From positions 67,952,001 through 68,016,000 of the forward strand of contig NC_043010.1 of the NCBI RefSeq assembly GCF_006345805.1: 64,000 nt of DNA, in the 5' to 3' direction. The notes under the pieces are model-generated. The model made no database searches, was not told where the DNA came from, and was given only the letters and a program-made list of their open reading frames with translations. This DNA is from Octopus sinensis (lineage: Eukaryota). This document shows positions 50,010 to 63,642 of this stretch, in pieces (position 1 is the stretch's first letter; every line of letters begins with the position of its first letter). A program made the translations under genes and the position numbers.

Positions 50010-50405
50010 GGCGTAGGAGTGGCTGTGTGGTAAGTAGCTTGCTTACCAACTACATGGTTCCGGGTTCAGTCCCACTGCGTAGCACCTTGGGCAAGTGTTC
50101 GCTACTATAGCCTTGGGCCGACCAAAGCCTTGTGAGTGGATTTGGTAGACAGAAACTGAAAGAAGCCCGTCATATATGTATGTGTGTGTATATGTTTGTG
50201 TGTCTGTGTTTGTCCCCCCAACATTGCTTGACAACCGATGCTGGTGTGTTTACGTCCCCGTAACTTAGCGGTTCGGCAAGAGAGACCGATAGAATAAGTA
50301 CTAGGCTTACAAAGAATAAGTCCTGGGGTCGATTTGCTTGACTAAAGGCGGTGCTCCAGCATGGCCACAGACAAATGACTGAAACAAGTAAAAGAGTAAA
50401 GAGAG
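50010..50405 (+). mobile_element. SINE family A, full length
   Basis: Near-identical layout to 40019-40415. Confidence 0.9.
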
Positions 50406-50775
50406 AGTATGGCTGCAAAGCCCTTTTGATCATAGGTGTCTGCCGGATCAAGGTTAATCTGGGGTTAACGATATATACTACACAAATCTACGTGATTCAG
50501 TTTTCTACGCACTTTTATATACACTATACTATTTCAATGCTGCACTGTACACTTCTATATCCTACACAGAGCTATACTGCACTATGATTTGCTAGATAAT
50601 GCACCACTATGCAAATCTGTGGTACACAGCATTATGCTGTACTGCACAGTGTTTGTTGCACAATGCTCTGCTGTATAGCAACTTTGCTGCATGGCCATTA
50701 GGCTGCAGAGCTCTATATGGTAGTCTTGTGTAGCCAAGTATGTTAAGCAATATCATATAAGGCTGTGTACTGAAA

Positions 50776-51200
50776 TCATCATCATCATCATTTAGTGTTC
50801 GCTTTCCATGCTAGCATGGGTTGGACGGTTCAACTGGGGTCTGTGAAGCCAGAAGGCTGCACCAGGCCCAGTCTGATCTGGCAGTGTTTCTACGACTGGA
50901 TGCCCTTCCTAACGCCAACCACTCCGTGAGTGTAGTGGGTGCTTTTTACGTGCCACCCGCAGCTGGCAAACGGCCACGGACGGATGGTGCTTTTTACGTG
51001 CCACCGGCACGGGTGCCAGGCGAGGCTGGCAACGGCCACAAACGGATGGTGCTACGTGCCACCGGCATGGGGGCCAGCCAAGGCTGGCAACGGCCACAAA
51101 CGGATGGTGCTACGTGCCACCGGCACGGGGGCCAGGCGAGGCTGGCAACGGACACGAACGGATGGTGCTTTTACTGCTTATACTGCAAGCTAGTGCTTTT
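50776..51200 (-). mobile_element. SINE family C with internal repeats
   Basis: (CAT)n start on +, repeated acggatggtgct...cgtgccacc units. Confidence 0.85.
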
Positions 51201-51911
51201 ACTGCTTATACTGCAAGCTGGCAGAATAGTTAGCAGAATAGTTAGCATGCTGGACAAAAGGGCCTAGCAGCATGTTGTCTGTCTTAATGTTTGGAGTTCA
51301 AAATTTCACCAAGGTCAATTTTATCTTTCATCCTTTTGGGGTTGATGAAACAAGTACCAGTTGAGCACTGGGGTTGATGTAATTGACTTAAACCATCCTG
51401 CCCGAAAAAAATTGCTGGCCCTGTGCCAAAATTTGAAATCAGTATTATACTATATTACTATATTACATATTGTTATTGTATGTTAAACAATTTTTTTACT
51501 ATATTACAGATATACTGTATTTCACTGTTATACTGTAGTACACAATGTTATACTATATTGCACATTATTAAACTATATTATACAACATTGTGTGAATCCA
51601 TTTCCTTTAACACTTGGGGTCTCTGTGGCACTGTAGAAATCACTCCTTCTAGGAACTGGTGACCCCTCCCCTATTTGGCCTCTGGTGTCTTCTCATTCCT
51701 CTGGTCTCCTTGCACTTGTTTAGTGTTACCTGCACCCACCTGGTGCCCTTTGCTTTCCTCCAAAGTCCACAGTGTTTATTTGTTGTATCCTGTACTTGTC
51801 TGGTGTCCTTTATTCTCAGGCGATGTCCCCCACTCTTGTGCAGTGAGCCTGCAGTTGTCTGAATAATAGAATAATAATAGTATCAGTAATTCCAGGTTTG
51901 TTTCTGCTTAA

Positions 51912-52129
51912 CCCTTTCGTTACCAACCTGGCTGAAACCGGCTCTGGTTCTGTAGTACAAATGTCTTGCTTTCATAAGTTTTGAATTAAAATCTTCCACC
52001 AAACCTTAGTCACAATTTATGTTCCTAACACTAGCTGAATGATTAAGTTATTTTACTAAATTCTTTGTTATATTTGAAGTAAATTAAAGAAATGCGGAGC
52101 ATCTCCAAATAAATACAGTAACGAAAGGG
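51912..52129 (-). mobile_element. piggyBac-type MITE family 1
   Basis: TTAA flanks; CCCTTTCGTTAC...GTAACGAAAGGG termini. Confidence 0.85.
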
Positions 52130-52164
52130 TTAATCTTTCTATAATTAAAGTGTGCACAATTATC

Positions 52165-52395
52165 ATGAACATCAATACCTCAGGCTCCGAAGTCTTCAAG
52201 AAGGCAAACTTTCAATCCATGCACCATTTATTTGATTTCAAAGAAATCTCCATTGGACTAGCTACACTGCCAAACTTGGCAGCGATAACAGACTTCCACA
52301 GAATGCTCTCCTCTTGCAACTAGTGGATGGCTCTTGAAATATTGGTAGTCTCCAATTGAGATTCAAGGAAGTGTGTCAGACAGCTTACAAGATTT
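52165..52395 (+). mobile_element. Old degraded RTE-clade LINE fragment
   Basis: Frameshifted translation SEVFKKANFQSMHHL / QRNLHWTSYTAKLGSDNRLPQ...LQLRFKEVCQ resembles the RTE C-terminal RLRW.GH..R..D.RLP...RFKD motif. Confidence 0.6.
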
Positions 52396-53315
52396 TGCCT
52401 CACATGCTACCTTTTTTAATTTATTATATATATGGTTCGGCAAAAGATCAATAGAATAAGTACTAGACTTACAAAGAATAATTCCTGGGGTCAATTTGTT
52501 CAACTAAAGGAGGTGCTCCAGCATGGCTGCAGTCAAATGATTGAAACAAGTAACAAAAGAATAGGGTAAATTGAATGCTAAAGGGTTAAGATTGCACTTC
52601 AATATGATCCCTAATTTATTTGTTTATATTCTTCAATGTGTTACAGCTGAAGGCATTTAGCTGCTATTTCTTGCAACTTATGCAGCTGTGTTGAGATTCT
52701 CTCTTACCTCTGTGACCTTCCTGTTTTTATTATTGTGTGATGTGATTTGAGGGCATTCTGCTACTTTCTCTGCTACTAAGTTGAGCAGTGGTGTTGAGAC
52801 TCTCTGGCCAATATGTCTTTTGCTCTTTGAAGACAGTATGGTGTGATTTGAGATTTTTTCCACTGCTCTTTTTAGCAGATTGACTGACTACATAGAGGCT
52901 TCCCTTGTGGGCTTTTATGGTTGTTACAAAAACAAGGTCGGGGCATCTCTCTGAAGGGACTGCTATTTGTGAGTAATATTCATGAGCTCTTTGAACATAT
53001 CTATCTAGGACATTGTGAGTCAGGGGTGGGAGAGACTGGGACAGAGCAACTATCCCCCTCTCCTCTTCTATTTTACTTTTTCCTCCTCTCCACCACCACC
53101 ACCACCACCACCAAGTTGCTCCCCCCCACCACCATTGCCACAGCCACTCTTTAATTCACTTCCCTGCCATCCCCCTATTTCAGTTTTTTTTGCCTCATCT
53201 CATCACTTTCTTACTAACCACACCTTACCATTCCTTATGCAAACATCCTATTCAATATTTTCTCCTTTATTTTTCTGATAGTTCCCTAACTTTTATTATT
53301 TCCTTTCTTCATCTC

Positions 53316-53363
<48 letters not shown>

Positions 53364-53915
53364 CTTAGTTTTTCTGTTTCATTCTCTCTCCCCCCCCCCA
53401 TCTTTCTTTGCCATTGGTTACTTGGCATTCACTCTTATTTCCTCTTTCTCGTTAACCTATTTCTCCTCTCCTATCACCTGCTGCCCTTCTATCTCCCCAA
53501 CATGTACCAGCTATAAACAGTACTCCCCCTCCTCCTCTCTCTACCTGTTACATGGGCACAAGCTCTTGTCATGGGGTCTGGTATATATGCATAAATATGT
53601 GGACTCATACATACATACGTAAGTACATGTTTGTGCACACACATGTGTGTTTGTTTATGCATACCAGAACTTCTCAACCGGAGGGCCATGCCTATATATT
53701 ATTTATGTGATGGCACAGCATTCTTGGCCCAGAAGTTTTGTTTCACAATTGCCTTGTCTTGGGTTCTGTTCCAGTTGGTGGCACCTTGGGCAAGTGCCTT
53801 CTATTCTGTAAGTGTTCTGTAGATTACTTCCTTGTGAATGGAATTTGGTACACGGTAACTGGGCAGAAAGCCACAACGCACGCACGCACGCACGCACGCA
53901 CACACGCACACACAC

Positions 53916-53971
<56 letters not shown>

Positions 53972-54602
53972 GTGTCTATCTGTGTGTCTGTGTATAAATA
54001 TTTGTATGTATGTCTTGTCTTTTTACTTGTTTCTGTCAATGGACCCTGGCCATGCTTGGGCACCACCATGAAGGGTTTTAATTGAATAATCTGACCCTGA
54101 TACTTATTATTTTTCCTTGTTTTTTTTTAAGCCTGGTACTTATTCTCTTGCTCTGTTTTGTTGAACTGCTAAGTTACAAGGATGTAAACAAACATCATTC
54201 TCCAAGCAGTAGGGAGGAAGATAGATAAAAACGCCCACACACACACACATGCCATAGGCTATTTCTGTGTGTGTGTGTGTGTGTGTTAATATTTCTTCGT
54301 CTTGGCATCATGTGATAGTTGTAGACAAGTGCCACTGTCATACAAGCAGTGTTCTTCATTCCTAGCCTTCTGTGCAAACATGTCTGGTCAAGGGGCAATA
54401 TTATCTTATTTGGGAAACAAGTGTAGGGTGACGCAAAGGGCATTTCGGGTTCTTTGAAAATCTACCTCTGCAAATTGCATCCGATCCATGCAAACAAACG
54501 CACACACATATATGTATGTTGTTTGGGGAATCTGTACACCCCCGTGATTGGCTAAGTGAACTATAAAATGATAAACGTCGCCCTTTTCAAGTCTAGCCAG
54601 GC

Positions 54603-54872
54603 TCATGGGCCCGGTTTCTGTGGCGTATATGTTTCCCCCAGCTGGACAGGATGCCAGTCCATCGCAGTGTTACTCAAGAAACAGGAAGAGAGAGTGAGAG
54701 AAAGTTGTGGTGAAAGAGTACAACAGGGGTCACCACCACCTCCTGCCGGAGCCTCGTAGAGCTTTTAGGTGTTTTCGCTCAATAAACATACACAATGCCC
54801 AGTCTGGGAATCGAAACCGCAATCCTCTGACCGTGAGTCTGCTGCCCTAACCACTGGGCCATTGTGCCTCCA
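54603..54872 (-). mobile_element. SINE family E-like (V-domain-like core)
   Basis: Minus strand ctgcgatggactggcatcctgtcc; tRNA-like head at the right end. Confidence 0.7.
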
Positions 54873-55204
54873 AAGTGAACTATACTAGTTCGTATAAATG
54901 AGCATGTGCAGAACAATCTGAGAAGAGTGTCATATGCACAATCATAGTGCACAGGTTGTAGGAAATATTAAATAGAGATATCGTGGAGTGCTTGTTGAGG
55001 ATACAGAGTTGGAGAGGAATAAGAGATCATCAGAAACATTTGATATTATAAAAGTTCAGATATAACAGTGACGACGAGAAGTCGTATGTTATATCAGTAT
55101 TTCAATTGAAACCGATCTATATAATACTGTATATTACAGCTGATTTATATAATACTGTACACTTGGAAGGGCATCCAGCTGAAGAAACTCTGCCAGGTGG
55201 TGAC

Positions 55205-55410
55205 CTGGGCGAAATGCTTAACGGTATTTCATCTGCCGTTACGTTCTGAGTTCAAATTCCGTCGAGGTCGACTTTGCCTTTCATCCTTTTGGGGGTCGAT
55301 AAATTAAGTACCAGTTATGCACTGGGGTCGATGTAATCGACTTAATACCTTTGTCTGTCCTTGTTTGTCCCCTCTATGTTTAGCCCCTTGTGGGTAATAA
55401 AGAAATAAGA
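55205..55410 (+). mobile_element. SINE family B
   Basis: Same core and tail as the other copies. Confidence 0.85.
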
Positions 55411-55854
55411 TCAGATTGGAGCCTGGTGCAGATTCTCGTTTACCAGTCCTCAGTCAAACCGTCCAACCCGTGCTAGCATGGAAAGCAGATTTTAAACGAT
55501 GATGATGATGCTGACTTCGATTAATATATACCCATTCTGTCAACAAATATATGAGTGCATATTTTTCTGGCTTATGGATTCTTACAGAATTACATTTATG
55601 AATTTGTTTTGTAAGATTCTTGATGTGAAATTGTGTGTTGAAACAAATATTGTTAGATTTCTGAATGGTCACTTTTTTTTTTTGCCAAATAAACACGTGG
55701 CACTATATATTCGCTCTTCACTCAATACACGTTGGATAGAAGAGTCGCTGAATAGGTTACAGATGTACAAATGAGTGAAGGACAAGTGTATAGTGCATGT
55801 ATTTAAAAAAAAAAAGAAAAATGACAATCCCAAACGATAACTAGATTCTTAGAC

Positions 55855-55956
<102 letters not shown>

Positions 55957-56499
55957 CACACACACACATACATGTGTGTGTGTGTATACATGTGTGTATG
56001 TATATATATATATATATATATATACACATGTATACACACACGTGTGTGTATATATATACACACATATATATACACACATATATATATACACATATATATA
56101 CACACATATATACATATTTATATACATACATAGACACATACATATATATACATAGATATATATATTATATATATATATATATATACACACACACATATAT
56201 ATAAGCATACACACACACACACACACATATATATTAGTGCTTGCTTGAATGTCAAGGGCTTTGTGTGTGTAAATGATTAATGTATCTATATATATGTTTA
56301 TAAGTAATCATGTAATTATTTGAAGTGTTGACAACTTAGTTTCCATTAAGTATTCCAACCTAAATATAGTGTCAAGTGTTGATCACCAAATACATTGAGC
56401 TTTTCTTCTCTCACTTCTCACCAAACACAAACTACACTGCCTGTGCAACCCCATGCTACATCACTGATCATGCATCGCTACCGACCCACTACAGACTTT

Positions 56500-57200
56500 G
56501 CAAATCACCACGACTATCACCACCACAACCACCACCACCACACTACCATCACCATTATCACCGCCACCATAACTACAATTATCATCACAACCACCACCAC
56601 CACCACCATGATCACCACCATCATCACAACCACCAACACCACCATAACCACCACCACCACTGCCATCACAACCGTCATCACAATCACGATCACCCCCACC
56701 ATCATCACCACCACAACCACCACCATCACTACCATCATCACCACTGCCATCACAACCGTCATCACAATCGCCACCACCATCACCACTGCCATCACCATCA
56801 CGATCACCACCACAACCACCACCATCACTACCATCATCACCACTGCCATCACAACCGTCATCACCATCACAATCGCCACCACCATCACCACTGCCATCAC
56901 AACCGTCATCACCATCACGATCACCAGCACCATCACCACCATCATCACCACTGCCATCACAACCGTCATCACCATCACAATCGCCACCACCATCACAACC
57001 GTCATCACCATCACGATCACCAGCACCATCACCACCATCATCACCACCTCATCACCACTGCCATCACAACCGTCATCACCATCACGATCACCACCACCAC
57101 CATCATCACCACCATCATCATCACTGCCATCACAACCGTCATCACCATCACAATCGCCACCACCATCACCACTGCCATCACAACCGCAATCACCAACACT
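56500..57200. repeat. Triplet-based (CAT/CAC/CAA) minisatellite with higher-order unit
   Basis: Recurring atcaccactgccatcacaaccgtcatcac; frames open on both strands. Confidence 0.9.
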
Positions 57201-57339
57201 CCCACCACACAAGATGTACATGTTGACTGGGATTTTGCTAAATATATCAGTCATTACATGGAGCGGTGGTGGCTGGTGGCAGAATTAAATATAAAATATA
57301 CATTAAACCCCACCCCTTCTTTTTGTTAACTGCTGTCAG

Positions 57340-57415
57340 GTCCTTCCTTAGAGGAAGCTACTCCCCCAACTCCCCACTTTCCAAACCGCCCACCACCTGG
57401 TGCCAAAGTCCTCCT
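57340..57415 (+). CDS. Candidate coding exon (G)PSLEEATPPTPHFPNRPPPGAKVL
   Basis: Pyrimidine tract ending gctgtcag|; ct|gtatgt donor; non-repetitive Pro-rich open frame; phase 1 in, matching the microexon. Confidence 0.5.
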
Positions 57416-57542
57416 GTATGTATGTTTATAGCCGGATCCAATTAGTCATTTCAATCACTAATCAGGAGTCTGTCTGTGTGTCACAAAGTCTTGACTGAAC
57501 ACTCAGTCCATCACTTTGATTTCCCACTTTCACTAATTCCGA

Positions 57543-57578
<36 letters not shown>

Positions 57579-57689
57579 TGCTATGATTTTTGTCTCATTC
57601 TCTTCTCTCTCTCTGATCTCTCTTTCTCTCATTGCTTTCACGCCCCCTTTGATCTTTCTCTCCCTCTCCCTGTGATTTCTCTCTCCCTT

Positions 57690-58310
57690 TCTGCTCCTGT
57701 GATCACTCTCTTTCCCCTGTGATCAATGTCTCTCCCCCTGTGATCACTCTCTCTACCCCTGTGATCTCTCTCTCTACCCCCTGTGACCTCTCTCTCTACT
57801 CCCTGTGATCACTCTCTCTACCATCTCTACTCCCTGTGATCTCTCTCTCTACCCCCTGTGATCACTCTCTCTACCCCCTGTGATCTCTCTCTCTACCCCC
57901 TGTGATCTCTCTCTACCCCCTGTGATCTCTCTCTCTACCCCCTGTAATCACTCTCTCTACCCCCTGTGATCTCTCTACCCCCTGTGATCACTCTCTCTAC
58001 CCCCTGTGATCTCTCTCTCTACTCCCTGTGATCTCTCTCTCTACCCCCTGTGATCACTCTCTCTACCCCCTGTGATCTCTCTCTCTACTCCCTATGATCA
58101 CTCTCTCTACCCCCCTGCGATCTCTCTATCCCCCTGCGATCTCTCTATCCCCCTGCGATCTCTCTATCCCCCTGCGATCTCTCTATCCCCCTGCTATCTC
58201 TCTCTACCCCCCTGCGATCTCTCTCTATCCCCCTGCGATCTCTCTCTCTATCCCCCTGCGATCTCTCTCTCTACCCCCCTGTGATCACTCTCTCTCCCCC
58301 TGTGATTTCT
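57690..58310. repeat. ~20-24-bp minisatellite ctctctctaccccctgtgat
   Basis: Visible; tgtgat changes to tgcgat in the distal units. Confidence 0.95.
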
Positions 58311-58769
58311 CTCACAGTCTAATTTATATCTCTCTCTCTCTCTCTTCCTCTATTTCCAATCTTTCACCCTCTCCCTCTCACCATCTGATGTCTGCTTTGT
58401 CTCCTCTGTCTCCTCTCTTCCAAAGTGTTCCAGGAGTTCCAGGAAGCTCTTGTCTATCCACATGAAATAGGGATAGCTATTGAAACAGTTGTTTTAATTC
58501 CACTTCACCCATTCACCTTGCCCTGCACACACTTAGTCCTTCCTCACTCTAAATAACATGTCTGACAAGCTTACTGGTGCATATTACTGCTTCTTTCACA
58601 CAACAGTGGTAGTGTTGTTCACGGTTTGTATATATGTGTAAACCATTGGATGTGGTTTTTGTCAATGAGTGTTTGTTATCAGGGAAGTTTGTCAAATCTT
58701 GGGCTGGCACGTGTATATTTATAAAACAGCAGCTAGCTGTGTCATTTAGTTGTTAGACTTTCAATAGTG

Positions 58770-58774
58770 CGTGT

Positions 58775-58847
<73 letters not shown>

Positions 58848-59330
58848 GTGTATGTTATGTACATGTGTGTGTATGTTATGTACATGTGTGTGTATGTTAT
58901 GTACATGTGTGTGTATGTTATGTACATGTGTGTATGTATGTATGTGTGTGTGTATGTGTGTATGTATATACATGTGTGTATGTTATGTATATGTGTGTGT
59001 GTATGTTATGTATATGTGTGTGTGTATGTATGTATATACATGTGTGTATGTATGTACATGTGTGTATGTATGTACATGTGTGTATGTATGTACATGTGTG
59101 TATGTTATGTACATGTGTGTGTATGTTATGTACATGTGTGTGTATGTTATGTACATGTGTGTGTATGTTATGTACATGTGTGTGTATGTTATGTACATGT
59201 GTGTGTATGTTATGTACATGTGTGTGTATGTTATGTACATGTGTGTGTATGTTATGTACATGTGTGTATGTTATGTACATGTGTGTATGTATGTACATGT
59301 GTGTATGTATGTATATGTACACGTGTATAC
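58770..59330. repeat. 20-bp minisatellite tatgttatgtacatgtgtgtg within a (TG) tract
   Basis: Visible. Confidence 0.95.
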
Positions 59331-59385
59331 ACATATTAGTTCAAATTTTCAGAAAACAAATGAAGACAGGTGAAGGAACAACAAG

Positions 59386-59425
<40 letters not shown>

Positions 59426-59884
59426 TATGTATATATATATATATATATATATATGGTTAGTTATTTTGTTAAATATTTAAACGCATGTGCCACTCCATAC
59501 ATGCCCATCTACAAAGTATGGAATGACAGGGTGCTACTGTAGCTTAACTTCTATGCTGTTTAAAGGACGCTACTGATTTCTGTTAAATCAGAAATGTTTT
59601 AAAACTGCACCAATCAGTGGCTGCTTGTTAGTCAGCCTCTATTTTGAAACAAATGTGTACAAACACTAATTAACAGGAATGCTAATTAGTGTTGTCTAAC
59701 GATGAAGGTCCTTATCTCAAATGAAGATCAAACTGACCAAAAATAAAAATGGCTGTGTGGTAAGAAGCTTGCTTCCCAACCACATTGTTTCAAGTTCAGT
59801 CCCACTGTGTGGCACTTTGGCCAAGTGTCTTTTACTATATAGTTAGTTCCAAGCCAACCAAATCCCATTGGATATATTAACACT

Positions 59885-60249
59885 TGCTTGTCCACTCACT
59901 CACTCACTCTCACTCACTTGATTGTCCACTCACTCTCACTCACTCACTCACTTGCTTGTTCGCTCACTCACAATCGCTCGTACTCATTATCACTCGCTCA
60001 CACTCATTATCACTTGCTTACACTCATTCTCGATCGCTCATTCCCATGCTCGCTCATTCCCACACTTGCACATTCCCACGCTCGCTCATTCCGATGCTCG
60101 CTTATTCCCACGCTCACTCATTCCCATGCTCGCTCATTCCCACGCTCGCTCATTCCGATGCTTGCTCATTCCCACACTTGCTCATTCCAATGCTTGCTCA
60201 TTCCCATGCTCACTCATTCTCACAGTCCTACTCTTCACTCACTCACTCA

Positions 60250-60282
<33 letters not shown>

Positions 60283-61150
60283 ACATATATACATAGCAGG
60301 CTTCTTTCAGTTTCCATCAACCAAATCCAATCACATGGTGCTTAAGGAAAGCTGACTGTTGCTCATGAATGCAACTCTCTCCTCTCTATGTTACTAATGT
60401 TTACTCAAGGGAAATGCCATTGGAGCTGATGCGGATTGGCATCAGTGACATCTCTGGCATTGTGTGTTCACTCATTCTCTTGCACGCTCACTTATTCCCT
60501 TGCACGTTCACTCATTCCTTGCACGCTCACTCATTCCTTGCATACTCATTCTCTTGCATGTTCACTCCTTCCTTTGCATGCTCACTCATTCCCTTGCGCA
60601 TTCACTCATTCTCTTGTGTGCTCACTCATTCCCTTGCGTGCTCACTCATTCCCTTGCGTGCTCACTCATTCCTTGCGCATTCACTCATTCTCTTGTGTGC
60701 TCACTCATTCCCTTGCGTGCTCACTCATTCCCTTGCGTGCTCACTCATTCTCTTGTGTGCTCACTCATTCCCTTGCGTGCTCACTCATTCCCTTGCATGC
60801 TCACTCATTCCCTTGCGCATTCACTCATTCTCTTGTGTGCTCACTCATTCCCTTGCACGCTCACTCATTCCCTCATGCATTCACTCATTTCCTTGCACGT
60901 TCACTCATTCCTTGCACGTTCACTCATTCCCTTGCACGTTCACTCATTCCCTTGCGTGCTCACTCATTCCTTTGTGCATTCACTCATTCTCTTGCACACT
61001 CACTCATTTCTTTATGCACTTGCTCAATCCTTTGTGTCATTCACTAATTCATTCACATACTTATTCATTTGTGCACCCATTCCTCCTCACACTCAATCCC
61101 TTATACACTCACTCACTCATACACTCAGCTCTCACTCATTCAATCACTCA
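59885..61150. repeat. Two related arrays: 16-mer ctcattcccacgctcg (59885-60260) and 20-mer ctcactcattcccttgcgtg (60455-61150)
   Basis: Visible; separated by a SINE fragment and about 100 bp of unique DNA. Confidence 0.9.
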
Positions 61151-62019
61151 CTGTTAGTCCAGCATGCCCATTTCTTCATTTCAAGATGGTATGGTGTGAT
61201 TCAAGGGAGATGTGGCTGCTATTGCTATCAGCTCAAACAACCACATAAAATGGTCCCATGCTGGTTGTTCTTTAGAATACCTACATCAGGCCTGGAAAGT
61301 GGCCCATGTGAGGATGTACTAGTCAAACTAAAAATAGTCACCCTTTGTGTTAAAAGAAGTAAAAAGAATTTATCCAGCTAGAATTAGTTCTATAAATAAA
61401 GAACAGATATAAAACAACCACAACAACAACAACAGCAGCAACAACAAAAATCTATAACTCTGGGTATAGGTTGTAGAGATCATTATTATTATTATTGTTG
61501 TGGTTGTTGTTGTGTCTGAGATATTTGGTTGAGTTTACTGTTTAGCTATGTGGAGTTATGATTCCTCACTGTTGTTAGAAAAGACATGCATAAATACATA
61601 TATGTATATATACGCATATACGCGCACATATACTTCACATACATACGTGTATATATACGCACACCTAAGACTTGTACATATAGATCTATGTAGACATAAA
61701 CACATACACACAGTTGTACATGACTACATACCATTCACACTTGCATTCTCTCTGATAAACATATTTTTCTATATAGACATATGTAGCTTTTTTTTTCTGT
61801 TTTTTTTTTTTTTGTTTTTCATTTTCTATCAGCAGTCATGTGAATGAAATATGTGAGTTCATTCCTAAGATAGAGCAGAGGAGTTAAACACACTCTTGGG
61901 ACTTTGTAAATACCAGAGAGCTGCTTCTAGTTTTTATGATACGGCTAATTTAGCTTGGAGATAGAGAGAGATGGAGAAAGAGAGAAAAAGATTTTTTGAT
62001 AATGATTTTAATGAGTCTA

Positions 62020-62767
62020 CTTCAGTTAATAATAATAATAATAATGATGATGATAAAGGTTTCAAATTTTGGTTCAAGGCCAACAATCTTGGGGTGGTGG
62101 GCGAGTCAGTTACAGCAATCTCAGTGTTCAACTGTTACTGATTTTGTCGACTCCGAAAGGATGAAAGGCAAAGTCAACCGTAGCAGAATTTGAGTTCAGA
62201 ATGCAAAGACAAAATGAAATGCTACTAAGCATTCCATCCAGCATGCTAATAATTCTGCCAGATCACCACCTTATTAATAATAATAATCCTTTCTACTATA
62301 GGCACATGGCCAGGAAATTTGGGGGAGGGGGATGGTTGATTAGATCGACACCAGTACGCTACTGGTACTTAATTTATCAACCCCAAAAGGGTGAAAGGCA
62401 AAGTCGACCTCGGCGGAATTTGAACTCAGAACGTAGCGACAAACGAAATTCTAACGATTCTGTCAATTACAATCCTTTCAACTAAAGAAGGCACTAGCCT
62501 TGAAATTTGGGTAAGGGGGATAATTAAAGACATTGAGCCCGGTACTCAACTGGTACTTATTTTATTGACCCCCAAAAGGATGAAAGGCAAAATTGACCTT
62601 GATGGAATTTGAACTCAGAGCGTAGTGACAGATAAAATGCTGCTAAGCATTTTGCCTGGTGTGCTAACGATTCTGCCAGCTCACTGCCTTCAATATTATT
62701 ATTATTATTATTAATAATAATAATGATAATGATGATAATAATAATAGTAATAATAATGATAATGATA

Positions 62768-62803
<36 letters not shown>

Positions 62804-62900
62804 GTTTCAAATTTTGGCTCAGGGCCAGCAGTCTTAGGGAAGGGTAAGTCTATTATATTGCCCTCAGTGCTCAAATGCTATTTATTTTATTGACCCCGAA
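62020..62900 (-). mobile_element. Cluster of SINE family B variants with (AAT)n tails
   Basis: Repeated aaggatgaaaggcaaa...tttgaactcaga cores, each next to (AAT)n. Confidence 0.75.
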
Positions 62901-63549
62901 AGGATGATAAGCCAAATTGACTTTGGTGGAATTGGATCTTGGATGGTAACAAGTTTAAATCTGAGGAAAGCCATCTTATGTGTGATTTTTAGTAAAATGA
63001 CTACCATTAACATATTGCAATTAATTCAATGAATATTTCCATTTTCCTTTTCCCCTTGACTGCAAAGATTTTTCCTTTGGTTTTATCAAGATTTCTTAGC
63101 AGTAATAATCTAGGTTGAATATTCTTATGCAAAAAACACCCAGTGCACTCTGTAAAGTGGTTGGCATTCATCTATAGACAGTTTTCTAAAACAGACTATT
63201 GGAATCTGGTGCAGTTCTTTGGCTAGCCAGTTCCTGCCAAACTGTCCAACCCATGTCAGCAAGGATAATTGGACGTTAAAGGATGATTATTCAATATTCT
63301 GTATACTCTAAAAACATCCATCCACCCATTTTCTCTACCCCCCCCATTCCTGGGAGGGTCATGGAGATGGAGACCTCTGGCACCTCTGTAGGGTCCCAGC
63401 AGATGCAACAGTCATTAGATGTTCTTGCTGGATTCCCGAGTATGACCAGCTGAGACTGTGGATTTTATCCGATCATCTTGTTCTCCATTGGTCTCCTGTT
63501 GGTCGGCTTGGCTCGAGGAATCTGTCTTGTGATTCTTTCTAAAATTTAT

Positions 63550-63583
<34 letters not shown>

Positions 63584-63601
63584 ATATATATGTGTGTGTG
63601 T

Positions 63602-63642
<41 letters not shown>

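Noticed and set aside
51730-51860. Second minus-strand exon candidate with an open frame
   Set aside because: Lies in a degenerate caccag-type repeat; the peptide is uninformative.
53511-53580. Alternative phase 1-to-2 exon, possibly mutually exclusive with 57340
   Set aside because: Weak donor (ctg|gtatat) and low-complexity context.
59353-59369. 17-nt exon continuing from 57415 (also candidates near 58426 and 60410)
   Set aside because: Several equally weak options; cannot choose without RNA data.
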